Shown: positions 27,039 to 40,863 of the stretch, piece after piece | Layout of the letters: each line of letters begins with the position of its first letter | Numbering within the stretch: position 1 is the first letter of the stretch | From: Octopus vulgaris | Taxonomy: Eukaryota | Assembly: GCA_951406725.2 (NCBI GenBank) | Contig: OX597818.1 | Location: forward strand, 6,696,001 to 6,760,000 | DNA: 64,000 nt | Reading direction: 5' to 3' | Notes under the pieces: model-generated | Database searches by the model: none | What the model was told of the DNA's origin: nothing | The model's input: only the letters and a program-made list of their open reading frames with translations | Position numbers and translations under genes: made by a program

Positions 27039-30000
27039 ACACAATCAAGAGTAGAAACGATACAAAATAGTTTCTATTACCAAGATCGCAATTGCTTTCG
27101 ATGGCATACCACGAAAAAACAAGTATAAACATTTAAAAGAGCTAGAAAAACAGGTTAACCGATTCGAAAAGTGAAACGTTACACAGATTATACCAAAACA
27201 CCTTTAGACCTAACACAGGAAAAGAGTACAGTATAGACGCTTGTCGACGATATGACCAATCTTCAGTATATTTGAAAAGCGGAAGAACGTCCCTGGAAGA
27301 CGATGGGCGATCTGGCTGACCTGCTACGATCCTCATTCCCAGAAATGTGGTATTGTGATCGGGAAATGGCAAGACATTTGTTTTGTGGCATTTGCCAAAA
27401 AAATCGGATATATTTGAATTGTTTTCCACCAGGAAAAGATAATCCAGAAGAAGTATGCATTCCATAAAATAAATTTACAAGGATAACGATTTTCCTGGGA
27501 TGGAGAGTAATATGAGTAAAAGTCTCAAGCACTCAACCCGAATTCGACTTCAGATGGGTGTAGAAATATGTGGTTTGGAAGACACCAGCATGCAATAAAA
27601 AGAAAACCCTGAAAAGAAAATTGGATCAGAATAAGATTAAGGTTCTAGTTAATTAGGACTCTGAAAGAGTAACAAAATTGACGTTCATATAGACATCCCA
27701 GGGGAGCAGGGACTGCAAGTGGTTGTGGAAGTCAGTGACTACAAGAAGTTTGTGGAAGTCAGTATGACGTTTTAAGATTGAACCCAACATTTGGTCCATC
27801 CGTTAAACATCCGCATATTTTCTGTCCTAGAGAATATTTTCTGTCCTGTGTTGAGCTTTAAGACACACCTGCTCATTTGTGATGCCGAAAAACGTGATAC
27901 CTGAGATATATCTAGTAGTCTGATCTCATTGTTCATAGTAATTCCCTTAACTCTACATAATAGTTTGTGTTCAGTTAGTACAGTCAATATTTGTGTAGTT
28001 CTTGCAACGTTTTCATATCTCGATACTTTATCATTATTAATGCTCCATCCTATCCTTCAGTATTTGAACTGTTGCACTAGTTCTCGTTCTTGACCGTGTA
28101 CAGTGATTTCTGATATGATAGCAGCGTTGTAATTTGCCATGAGTTTCTTACTTTCGGTAAAAACATCCATACAATACGTAGTGAAGCACTATCTAGTGCT
28201 TACCTAAATTAATCACGTTATCTTCCTAAGGTGCCAATCCATGAATGTCACCAACAAATCTTAGAATTCATGCATTCCTCTCTCCGAATCTGAGATATTG
28301 GGATATTTATCATGATTTGTGCTGATCTATTGTAGAGAACTTAGCTTGAATGTAAAACTAATGTGATTACAGAATTTAGCAAGAATGTAAAAATATATGA
28401 CTATAGAAGTTTTAGATTTCCCTACAAGTCATAAATAGTCTAGAATATTTAAGGAAATAATCCTGCGCTAAGTGTAATGGTAATAATCAGAGTAACTGTC
28501 CTCTTAATGACCAAGACTCAGGCCTATAAGATTCGGGTGTAATACACATATCTTTTATAGCACTACTTATGAAACTTACAGTGGAGTTGCAGAAATCATC
28601 TTCAAGATAATATTTTATGTACACAATATAGCCTTAAAATACCTACAAAACACGTCATGAACCAGTTTTTCAAAGCAGGCATGTCAATTGAATTAAACTC
28701 TCAAAATTGAATGGTCCAATTTGAAAAAAGAAGCAAGTCAATAAAGGGATTGATTTTTCCGCCATTGTATTCCGTTCAATAAAATGTCGCTTTTTCTTAA
28801 TGGAAAAATATTTTACACTGTTTCAAGACAAGTTTTCAATTTTTAATATGAATTGTCGAACTATTGTAGGAATTCTTCGACGTTTCTGATTCCATGAAAG
28901 CTGGCACCGAACATATTAATATTTTGTCACCTCACACTACCATATGCTTTACTGTTTTACCACAACTTCGAATATGTGGAAAGTGCCATCATATTTTTGT
29001 AATTCTGAAGCTGAATTGTTTCCTTCCGACTGTCGCATACGACCTTTATATACTTTCATAAGTGTTTTGTTTCTTTTATATTTTCATTTTTACTATGGAT
29101 ATTTATCGATCAGGATATAAATTATACATGCGTTTATTATATTATTGTCTTTTTTTATTTTATTTTATTTCAGTATTCACTTTCTAAAAAAAAATGACGC
29201 TTCTACTTTGAATTAATTAGATTGATATTTTACGTATATTTTTTCCATTTCAGTAACTTCCTCACTTTTCCATCTTACATATTTCGAAATTGAATTACGT
29301 CCGTTTTATTTTGTTCAAACTTATTTTTCTATCTCGGTCCGTTTTATATATTTTCTTCTTTTCCCTCCTTCGCACCCTTCACTAGTAATATTTTCAGGTC
29401 TCAATCTACCTAATCTATTGCTTCTTTCTAATAGCTTGCACCTCCCCTGTGTGCTGTGTTACTTTGTCTACACAGATTTGATACAAAATGTCAGTTGCAA
29501 ATAATAATTACTCCTATTTCCTCTTCTTTTCTTTCATATTTTTAATGCCCATCTCTTCTAAATTCCTGTCGTTCTCTCTTTGACTTTTTCTTTCTTCCAT
29601 TATTGCCACTCCCTCTTCTCTACGGTTTGATAATTTATCATTTATTTATTTCACTTTCGTGATACTACTTCGTCCGTGTTTTAATTTCTATCTTTTAGGG
29701 CTTATTTTTCTTAAACACTTGTTTTCTAAAAGGGCTGTAATTATTATAAATATTTCCATGTAAGTAGGCGATTTAAATTTGAAATCATTTCGACACATTT
29801 TTAATGTTGGGTATTATGTTAGGGGATAATGCTCATCTAACGGTTTCTTATTTTCAAAAGAAATAACACTCAGTCTAACCATTAATAAATGAGTATCTGA
29901 TGAACTATTAAACAATTATAACTGCCCCATTTATAAGTATTTATAAACGATCTTAATGTGCAAAATACTCACGGTTGTCTAATGATTAGTTCCATGAACT

Positions 30001-30140
30001 TCTCTGTAAAAATTTGTGAAAGCTTTTCAACTTAAAGCTGTATTTTAATCTTTGATATTCTCGTGTTATTTTCTGTGCATTCATTCGTATTTCAGTGCTA
30101 TCTTCATTCATGTATCGGTATATGTACACACAAAAACATA

Positions 30141-30231
<91 letters not shown>

Positions 30232-30257
30232 ACACACATGAATACATATATATCAAT

Positions 30258-30627
30258 GCAGATGAAGCTGTGATGTAAGAAGTTTGTTTCCCAGTCATGA
30301 GTCCGAGGACAGTCCCACTGCAGAACAGTTCGAGCAAGTGTCCTCTACTATAGCCCCAGGCCGACCAGAAACTTATGAGAGGATATGGTGCGCGGAAACT
30401 GAAAGAAGTCCGTAGTATGTATATGTGTGTGAGATAGGAGAGAGAATGTGTGCTAGTTTGAGTGTTCAAGTGTGTGTCGGAATTTCCCCTTATATTTTCC
30501 CCCAGTATCGTTTGACAAACTATGTTGTTTACACCAACGTAAATTAGCGGTTCCATAAAATAGTCTGATATAATGAGTACCAGGCTTTAAATAATAAGTG
30601 TTAGGGTCGATCAGCTCGGCTAAAACT
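30258..30627 (+). mobile_element. SINE family A, degenerate copy
   Basis: CAGTCCCACTGC..GCAAGTGTCCTCTACTATAGCCCCAGGCCGACC..GGAAACTGAAAGAAG. Confidence 0.75.
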
Positions 30628-30728
30628 ATACGCGCGCACACGCGCACACACGTGTATGTGTGTTTGTGTATACATGTATATTCCACTACAATCTTCCATT
30701 CCATCACGCTCATTACTTTCGTCATGTA

Positions 30729-32208
30729 GAGTTGCGGCCAAAATGTTCAGAACGGCATTGTTTTCGTCAGAAAAGTAGATGATCAGAACGGTTGAAAAAT
30801 TAACAAAATAATCAAAAATGACAGAGAATACGGGAATTATTTAATATTTAGTGTGAAGCCCTTTAGCTTCAATCACACTCTGACATCTTCGACTGCATGA
30901 GGAAATTAAATTTTCAATTTCTTGCTGGGTGATCTTATTCCGTTCTTCCTGAAGGGCATTCCATAATTGCTCAGTTGTTTTAGGATTTCTGGCTTTCAAA
31001 CGTTCTCCTAGAATATTCCACACATTTTCAATAGGATTGAGATCTGGGCTTTGAGCTGGCCAATCCATAACAATAACCTTTTCAGCCTTGAGGAAGTTCA
31101 TGACCACCTTAGCCTTGTGACATGGGGCATTGTCCTGCATGAATATGGGTGGTCGCTTAATTGAATTTCTCAGCACAGGCAAGACATGATCTTTTACAAG
31201 TTGTTTATAAACTCCTGCATTTAACTTTCCAAGTAATCGCACCAAAGGGCCCACACCATCTCCAGATATCATTCCCCAAACCATGACACTACCTCCACCG
31301 AATTTAACACAAGTCTTAAGGCATTTAGGCAACAATTTTTCACCTACTTTTCTACGAACGTACCTTTTCCCATCTGAGCCAAATAGCATAAACTTAGATT
31401 CATCACTGAAATGCACCGTTTGCCATTTTTCTTGAGACCACAACACATGTTCGGTTGCAAAGGTAAGACGACACTTTTTATTCTTGGAGCTGATCAATGG
31501 CTTCACTGCAGGTGCTCTTGCTTGTAGGTCATGTTCAACTAAATGACGAGACACAGTTTTTCAAGATAAAGTTTTCTTCAATACAATGCTCATTTTCCGA
31601 GAAACAGCAGCAGCAGTTTTAATTCTGTCCTTTTTAACCAACTTTACCATAGCACGATCTTCTCTCTTGGTCGTTTTTCTTGGCCTCCCTGTAAACTATC
31701 TTGCTTCACACGAACCACAATCATCGTAGACCTTAAGAATACCGTGTACAACACTTTTTGGCTTGTTAACCATCTTTGCAATAGATCCAATACTTAAATT
31801 ATCCTTCCTTCGAAGCTTAATAATCTGCTGACGAATTGATAACGGAGTAAGTGGCATTCTTTAACAAGGTACACTGCAAATATTCTTACTAATGTTTAGT
31901 AAACGAACCGTCACGTAAACAAATTCAAAACATTAGAGTTCGCCGGTTAAATATACTATAACACGGAGTAAAAGCAACCGTTCTGATCATTTTGGCCGCC
32001 ATTGGTTTTGCAGTAAATCACTAAATCATCCATAACTTTTGTATTATCCTCTCAAATTACACCAAAATCTCAGGCAATAACAAATAATATCGTATTTATT
32101 GTCTGTGAAATAATTTATTGTCTATAAAATATAAAACAACTTTGATAAAAAATTATATCTACTTTTCTGACGAAAACAATGTCCTTCTGAACATTTTGGC
32201 CGCAACTG
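30729..32208 (-). mobile_element. Tc1-family (DD34E) transposon of IR-DR type
   Basis: ~52 bp terminal match GAGTTGCGGCCAAAATGTTCAGAA..AAAAGTAGAT / ATCTACTTTT..TTCTGAACATTTTGGCCGCAACTG; TA on both flanks; inner direct repeat at ~31981-32000. Confidence 0.93.
30841..31857 (-). pseudogene. Tc1 transposase, 339 codons including the terminal stop, two premature stops, no frameshift
   Basis: ATG at 31857 (MPLTPLSIRQQIIKL), GRPRKTT, FSDESKF, QDNAPCH, SPDLNPIE with 34 residues between D and E; in-frame TAG (~31696) and TGA (~31561). Confidence 0.93.
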
Positions 32209-32900
32209 TATGTAACATTTTCTTCAAATTGTATGCCACATGCTGCAAATTATTATTTCAATATATAAAGAGAGTGACTTGAAATTTTCTTCTGTAAGTA
32301 TTGTGTTGGTTTGCTCCAAATTCATTAGTGATCTTACTGACAACATTCTAGAATTGTAATAATCATTATGAACAACCAGCTTATGAACACCATTATCAAC
32401 ACCATTATGAACATCCGGCACATATATTTGTATTTTTTTAACAAGGCCTTGTTAATATATATATATTTATGTGTGTATGTGTGTGTGTATACTTTATTAA
32501 AAACCAGCAAAGATATCGCAAAAACTGTTATTAACAACAAATTCGTCATCTCCACTTACAGCCATTAATTTTCAATAAACATTAAATTTTAGTTTATGCC
32601 ACAGGAGCATAATATATGTCTTTCTGAATTCCCTTTAGCAGACTGAATGTTACGGTTTAGGAGTAGCTTGGGCGAGGGGTTTACAGGTTGATTTCAGATT
32701 CATTTATAAAGTATGAATAAAATGCACTCTATTACTTCCATATAAAAATTAACTCACCAATTACTATTTTAAATTTAGTCATTTACTCAATGTTCCAAAG
32801 CAACACGTAAGCAAAATGGTATGATTTGAACATATTAGGCCTTTACTTTTACCTTCATAGCTCTTCTCTTCTCTTTTTTCTTTTATGTATGCATTTTTCT

Positions 32901-33018
32901 TCACTCTGATGAAGCTCCATGTTCCAGATCGATTTATTACCAAATATGATAAATATTATTTTTCGAATACCAGTGGTATTACCATATAACATTGAGAAGA
33001 GAAACAGCTGTTTGGTGG
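32901..33018 (+). ncRNA. degenerate type I hammerhead-like motif
   Basis: CACT-CTGATGA (32906-32912), long loop, GAAA-CAGCTG-TT-TGGTGG; palindromic stem III ACAGCTGT; stems I and II imperfect. Confidence 0.5.
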
Positions 33019-33248
33019 GATACTTTCTAATAGTATTGTATCAAAAATGATAATTGATGTAAGTCAATTGTTGGTGATCAATATTTCTCCATTTTCTGTT
33101 TACCTTCAATTTAATTCCTGATAAACTCCTGTTTATGTATGTCATTACCTGCATATATATGTCCAGGGTTAACATAGGTAATTACACCGGAAGTATAACG
33201 GATACTTTTATCTCTTAGACTGGTTTTCCAACCTCTAATTCTACTAAT

Positions 33249-33293
<45 letters not shown>

Positions 33294-33794
33294 AGTAGGA
33301 ATTATTGTGTTTACTCTATAATCTTTCCTTGTAACGGTTTTGTAAACTTTTGATGCCTAAATAAGCATATGAATATAATAAAATTTCCCACACAGATACG
33401 GATGCGTACATTTGTACGTACAGTTCGTCAAAGATGTACATATACGTACACATACGTCAATATAGAAGCATAAACGCACACATCCACGTATATAATACCC
33501 TCGTACAGACATGTATACATACATAAGCATATATGTGCACGCAGGCACATGGACACACATGTAAATAAAATCTATATGCGTGTATATATACATACATGTG
33601 TCGACATATATGCACATGCTCATACACTCATACATGTATATATATTCCCATACACGTTCATATCTACGCATATATACATTCCTACATATATGCATATATA
33701 CGTACGCACAAATAGGTATATATACACACACACACGCAGCCATGCATTTGTACACTCGCACGAACTAATCCGCATGTGCATATATATATATACA

Positions 33795-34950
33795 TTTAGT
33801 ATATATATATCACAGTGTGTGTGTCTAATGACTAACGTATACATTCCCACAATTCTCAACCGATTTTCACCACACTTAGCATACACAATACTTATGTCCT
33901 AAAGATGGTCATGCATTATAATATTTTGCAGAGTCACCGCGGAAATGAACGTAAACGGACATAGTTATTTGAAAGTAGGATCTTCCATATTTTTCAATCT
34001 TTTTTTAAAAGTGAAAGGATTTTGTCTATTTATTTCCACTGTCCACCAGCAACGGGGATTAATTTGACTAGGAACACTTAAGGCATACATTTCCACAATT
34101 CTCAACCGATTTTCACAAAATTTTACACACACATTACTTATGTCCCAAAGATAGTCATGTACTAAATATTATGCCTAAGTGCTCCAGCGTAAATGGATCT
34201 AAATGGACGGAGTTTTTTTTTGCATGTAGGGTCTTTCATAATTTGTTTATCTTTTTATGCAAGTGAAAGGATATTATCTATTTATTTATTTTCACTGTCC
34301 AACTGCCACGTTGCTTAAATTGACTGGGAACACTGTTCTTGATGAATATCCAATACAAAACAATCTTAATCTCCATATTTAAACTGCATTAAACTTTGGC
34401 AAGCTTAAATTTACCTATTCTGAGTTACTTGAAAGGTGATGTTCCCTTCTCTCTCTTCTATTTGTTGATAATTTTGTTTTCCTACCAATGCATTATTTCA
34501 CTTTAAGGATGCTTACTTACCCATCCATTATGATATTTCTACTGTTGTTCATTGTTTGAAATACGTTTTAACATTTTAGTCCTAGCCTTTTCTAAAACAG
34601 TCACATATAATTTGTTCCAGACAACAAATAAGAGTTTTAAATAAGAGTTTTGCTTCCAATAGCGAAAGCTATACGTATCTTTCAGAAAGCTTCATACCAT
34701 TTTAACTTTATGCAGCATTCGCTGTCAGTTTATGCGTAGGCTATATGGGTAGACAGAATAAAGGGGTTTTGTTAGCTTATCTCTCTGAAAAAATAGTTCC
34801 ATTTGTTGTTGAAAAAAATTAACTCCCAGGGGAGATGTTTCAAAGTCTTCCTTCAATTTACTTACACCATTTATATGCCTATTTCTGACAAGAAATTTCG
34901 CTTTCATGTAGAACAGCAATATTTTGTAGTCATTATCCGAAACCTACTCC
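33795..34950 (+). mobile_element. non-autonomous repeat, probably Helitron-like (copy 2), with ~250 bp internal tandem duplication
   Basis: Homologous to 2727-3730; ATACATT.CCACAATTCTCAACCGATTTTCAC occurs at ~33838 and ~34083. Confidence 0.55.
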
Positions 34951-35429
34951 CAAATCACTTCAGTAGCTCTACTTTGCATCGCGTCCAAACTTATATGTTC
35001 TATGATCATTAAAATGCAATGACTTCCACAATAACTAGCCTGCAATTTGATTTTCTGTTCCTAGGTTAATCGGAAACATAAATTGCCGTGCATCTCATAA
35101 ACCTTCTCGGTAGTTCAAATATTTGGAGATAAATATACCAGCAAAGCAACTTAAACCGTCCAATATATATATATATATATTCATATATGTACACACGCAT
35201 CTACATAAATACACGTATGCTCACATATGCACACTAAAGTACATATGCACATACTCACACATATATATACATATATACACATACACGTACGCACACACAT
35301 ATGCACATGTGTATATGCATATATGCATATTTGTACACATATATAGACACACCTACATACATGCATATACTAACATGTGCTCAAGAAATAGGAGGGAATT
35401 TTGTATAGTTGCATTTAAAAAACTTATAT

Positions 35430-36110
35430 AAGTGTAGAGAGAATTATGTAAGTGGAAGATAAATTATAAGAATAGAAGATGTGCATGTAAATATGCACAT
35501 ATTAATTTAAAATTATATATATATAGTTGATACACAAGAGTTGATTTTTAAAAGATAGGATAAAGTTAGCCAAGTGGGTCTTTTCTTTATTTTCGGTAGA
35601 GCCGATATAAAAATATTCTTTCCGACAGCTTCAACTGTGCATTCAGAGACTGCATTACCTCTCTTACATGAATTCTTGAATTTGCAATTAGTATAAACTT
35701 TACAGTCACAATTTTCATAAACGTTTTCATGTGCGTATTTAGTAGAAGAATTGATATTACAGGAGTTAATATGGGTTATCTGGCTTCCATCAATGGAAAT
35801 TATGTGATCATTATTGTTAGAGATGGTGGAGTTTGGGAAATTCAGGTTAAGTTTAAGAGAATTGGTAGAATTGTTGTCAAGTGTGTTTTTATTGGTGTAG
35901 AATTTATCTTATTGTTTGTTCATGATATAATTGTAAATTAGGTAGAAGTTAGGCTAATGTCAATACTGACGGTATTCTGGTTTATAATTTAATTGTATCT
36001 ATCATCAATGTTAAAATGTTTATGACTGGCCTTAAATATGGATTTAACAATGTTTTTTAATTTGATTTGCATATGGAATAATTAACCAAATCTTATTAGA
36101 TTTTTCAGGG
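35430..36110 (-). mobile_element. Penelope-like element remnant (RT C-terminus, linker and GIY-YIG endonuclease)
   Basis: Minus-strand translation KIWLIIPY..KHF..IINQNTV, then CDCKVYTNCKFKNSCKRGNAVSECTV..FYIGSTE. Confidence 0.6.
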
Positions 36111-37189
36111 TGAAATATATATATATAAATAACTATAAAACAGAGTTTGTATGTGTGTGTGCGTATGTTCCTTACGCATTCCAAAACCGAGTTGCCTTTT
36201 TGACGTATGGAGTATCAAAAGATTCAATAAGGTTTTGTCTACCAACTAAACTATATTTTCATTCACATATTTACGCTACAAAAACTAACATTATCCTTTT
36301 TCGTTTAGCTACCTATCGTAAACGACATTTTATATCATTACCACAGTGATGTCACATTTTCTATATGAAAATTGATTCGCACGTTTGTTACCTACGTTAG
36401 GCCGATAATTGACAAGTATATGTTTGTGACGGTGCATGTCAGTATACATACATATTTGTGATGACTGACACACGCACACACAAAGACAGAGACAGACACA
36501 CACAGGGATAGAAATAGGCTTCAGGTGTGCGATAATGTAAGTGTGTGTGACTCTCTTTCTCTCTTAGTTTATGTATGTAAATTCCTACCATCACCAAACA
36601 GTGAAACGCGCCGATATTGAAAGTTTACTTGTGGCCTGGACTTCAAACAAACAACAAAGTCCACTTTCAAGTACTACTAGCATGAATATTTGACTGATTT
36701 AACACAACTTAAAATACTCGCAAATATAGCTGAAAAAGAAAATATTATTATGGTTATTATAACAAATTCGGAAACTTGGCGAAGTAGAAAGCCCCAACGG
36801 CTCTTTCAATATAATTACATAAATGCTATTCCACTCCTTCTAAGTAGTTTCAAGATAATGTTTTTTTAACAGTCCTTGTATTCTTTTGTATTCAACACAC
36901 TGCTTCCTTAGTTTCTTGATCAATTTAATAACAACTCCCATCTTACCACCACTGCCACATCATGAAACCCCACCCTTAACCACACATTACCATATACTCC
37001 CCCCACCAATCAGCACCTACACTAAATCTTTCAGCCTCTCATTGTCACACAACATTGCGCTGCCCTACCTTACAGACCCTAACCTACATTACAGAATCCT
37101 TTCCTTGTCACACCCTCACATCTCCCTCTTACCCTGTAACGCACAAATACCTAGGTCCTACACTCTACAGTGAACTGGTACTACATTGG

Positions 37190-37350
37190 TTATGACAACA
37201 AGGGTTCCAACTGATTCAATCAATGGAACAACTTACTCATGGAATTAACGTGCAAGTGGCTGAGTATACCACATATATGTATACCCTTAACATAGTTCTC
37301 AGAGAGAAATTGTGTGACACAGAATGTGTCAAGTTTGGACCTCTGAATTT
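37190..37350 (+). repeat. interspersed repeat fragment (SINE-like)
   Basis: GAATTAACGTGCAAGTGGCTGAG..ACCCTTAAC..GTGACACAGA resembles a common octopus repeat (from memory; single copy in this window). Confidence 0.4.
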
Positions 37351-38756
37351 TTTATACAGTTTCATTATTTTGGTATCGTGATTACTTCAACCGCATTTGA
37401 CATTATGAAACAATTCGTTTAACGAATAAAGACACAAGCTACTGATTATAGTTTTGTATGTTTCAGGCTGCTGATATGAACATATATGGGGAGAAATCAG
37501 TTCTTCGAGACAATCTGCAGTGCAGTTTTGGTGGCATAGCCGTACCATGCCTTCAACAATTAAATTTTTTTTCATTTAGATATGAATATAAGCAAAGCCA
37601 CTCTTCCAGTTGTAATGGTGTAATATCATTTCTCGCCTTTTATAAGAAAATAAAACTTATTAAATCTCCCGCATTGTATAGTAAATAGGACAACTACATT
37701 TGACATACTGGACGTGTATTCTGCATATGATTGGTAATGATGCAGAAACATAGCATATTCCTTTTTCACGGACCATTCTCATCTACAAATTTAAGGAGTT
37801 TCTATTTGATATATTTTCCCATTATATATGAAGCAGGAAATTTATGATTAAAGGTTGTGCATGTATTTTACTTCATCTCTTCAGTATATTATTTATTATA
37901 TCTTCCACCTGGATTTCCAGAGATAACCATTTCAAAAGTTACTTTGGAAAAATACTGAATCGCTTTCGCTACAGCTTCTCGGTTTTACGTTAAAAATAGA
38001 TAAATACATTTATCACACACGCGCTCACTTACATACACTGATTTGATATGTGTGTATAAATACAGAATTGTGTGTGTGTGTATTTATACATAAATGCACA
38101 TATGGGATCAGCGATTGATAAATAAAAAAACAATTTTTGATGTATTTGTAAATGTGTATGGGTAGATATGCATAATCGCCCACGTAAAATCATATGTAGG
38201 TATATCTCTGTACAAATATTAAAACACATACGCTATACAGAAATGATTTATCATTTCTATATGTACGTTTGTGTATAAATAGAACATTTAACAGTGCGAG
38301 AGTGTTCGCTATGCTTGTGTTTACAATTGGGATCTTATGATTTTAGCAAACATTGAACCGATCAATTCATCATCCAATAGAAGAGAAAACGAAATAGAGA
38401 ATATTCTAAAACCCCAAGGTCATGCGTTTGAATGAGGTACTGACCTCTGAAAAGTACTCAATCTGCTTTTGCATTAAAGTTTCCAACAATTATATCCATT
38501 CCTCTCCCTTGCACTATTAACGTATGTATGGTCACGATGATGAATTTTATTATATCGATGGTGTTAACAATGATGATGAAAAGCAGGGCAAGGAAGGCGG
38601 CCTTGTTGGGGAAGGAGAAAATGATAGTCATGATGATCAAAATCAACAACTTTGTATTCATCATCAATATAAACAGTAACTTTATGAAGAACACGACGAT
38701 AGCGATAATTCAACTGCTATAAAACAAACACAGTAAGAAAAATAATAGAAATAAGT

Positions 38757-38769
38757 ATCATCATCATCA

Positions 38770-38833
<64 letters not shown>

Positions 38834-38844
38834 TAATATTATTA

Positions 38845-38887
<43 letters not shown>

Positions 38888-38895
38888 TATTATTA

Positions 38896-38965
<70 letters not shown>
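38757..38965. repeat. (ATT)n microsatellite
   Basis: Direct reading. Confidence 0.95.
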
Positions 38966-38967
<2 letters not shown>

Positions 38968-39292
38968 CAAAGTATGATGAACGAGGTGCCAAGATTGTAG
39001 AAACCAGAATTCTTCAGAGAGTAGATAAATGTTAAAAATGGTAGCTGGCTGTTTTAGATGGAGGTGTGATAGTAGGTTCTTTGAAAAATATTGATTTCTT
39101 CTCACAGTGCTCTGGATATGCTACCCCTCTATACAAATTCTTTATATACATGTAATATCTTGTACTTATTGATCTACATATGGATGTAGAAGTAGGAAGT
39201 CAGAAACTTAAGAAACCAACTATTCACAATAAATACCTAGTCATTTTCTCTCACTCTCTCTGTCTCTCCGTCTCAAACGCACATTCATGCAC

Positions 39293-39338
<46 letters not shown>

Positions 39339-39342
<4 letters not shown>

Positions 39343-39434
39343 TGAAGGGAAGAAATGGAGCTGAACGAAGATTCTACAGAATTCCTTTTATTATTTTCTA
39401 CACCGTAACAAGATAATTCATTTATCCATTTCAA
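39339..39434 (+). mobile_element. collapsed copy of the 11638-12062 element
   Basis: Joins that element's 5' end (GAAGAAATGGAGCTGAACGAAGATT..TTATTATTTTCTACA) directly to its 3' end (CCGTAA.AAGATAATTC.TTTATC.A.TTCAA); (TA)n on both sides. Confidence 0.75.
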
Positions 39435-39571
39435 TATATATATATATATATATATATATTCTCCCTCTTTGTTTCTCTATCCTTTCTCATTTTCCCACTC
39501 TCTTACTCTCCCTCGCTTTCTCTTACTCTTTATCTCTCTTTATCTCTCTCTGCCATTTATAAAAAAAATTA

Positions 39572-40680
39572 GATTTCCGCGTTTAAATTACAAATCCGCT
39601 TCCACTTTACCATATTGAGAATTTGATTGAAATCGGGCAAAAGGTGTCCGATCTAGACCACCAATTGCCCCACCCCACCCCCAAATCAATAAAATCCCAG
39701 TTTTTACACCAAAGCAACCACTGTAGCGCCACAAAACGTCTCCCAATCAATTTCCCCCCTCAAGTTATCCCCTCCTGTAAATTTGAATCCCCTTCCAGCC
39801 CCATTTAGACACCTTTTTACATAAAATCCAATCTGTGTCTACGTTCGCCTGCTTCATTTTTTAGATAGGATTAGATGCCAATCGCGCCAATCTGGAGGGG
39901 CTTAGAGCCCCCTTGAATCTTCTCACCATGGCAACCACATCTTTCCAGATGGTGAGTTTTACTCAACTCTGCCTCATACGCCATCTATGCTTGTGTCAAT
40001 TTTCAGCTCGATCTGACCACTGGTGTGGCCGCCAAACTCTGATGTAGCAAAACGTGCACACAATTTTGACCCAAAGCCTCTTTTATATATATAGATAGCA
40101 GAGAAACTCGGTCTTGCTCGGGATTAAACTAGTTTATCATTGTTTTATTTGTTTCGGTATTATACCTCGATTTCATTCGGGTCTACGTTTAAATTACTAA
40201 TCCGCTTCTACTTTACCATATTGAGAATTTGATTGAAATCGGGCAAAAGGTGTCCGATCTAGACAACCAATTGCCTCCCAGCACTTTAAAGATGAGGAAT
40301 TTTGCCCTGGAGGCCATAGCTTTCAATTGAGCAAACTCAAATTTTCCATGCACACTCGCCAGGACTTTTAACATAGGTGTGCAAATTTTCAACTGAATCC
40401 TACCATATTTACTAACACTTTTGCCTGTATAACCGCTTGTGAGACAACGTCTGGCCTTTTCACAAATATGTAGTAGACCTACAGAAATGCCCGACCTTAC
40501 TTGGGATTAAAATGGCATAGTTCTTCATTGTTTTACTTGTTTGGTTAATATAAACCGAATTCATTCGGGTGTAATCGGGCCACATTTTAAAAGATGAGGA
40601 ATGAGAAAAAAGATAGTTGCCATGCAAACTCCCCAGCACTTTTAACATAGGTGTGCATATTTTCAGCTCAATCGACCACA
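39572..40680 (-). mobile_element. tandem non-autonomous Helitron-like units
   Basis: ~90 bp block repeated 606 bp apart (39611/40217); at 40095/40096 a 3' hairpin-CTA end abuts a TCTATATATATAAAAG 5' end. Confidence 0.7.
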
Positions 40681-40748
40681 TAATATATATACGCATTATA
40701 TATATGTGTGTATGTGTGTGTGTACGCATTATATATACAAATGTATAC

Positions 40749-40796
<48 letters not shown>

Positions 40797-40818
40797 TATA
40801 TACCCTTTGTATATATAC

Positions 40819-40863
<45 letters not shown>

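Noticed and set aside
27050-28380. Possible RTE/CR1 LINE remnants
   Set aside because: Only faint motif resemblance; too degenerate to support by eye
29890-29960. CTGATGA hammerhead core
   Set aside because: No matching stem II, GAAA and stem I downstream
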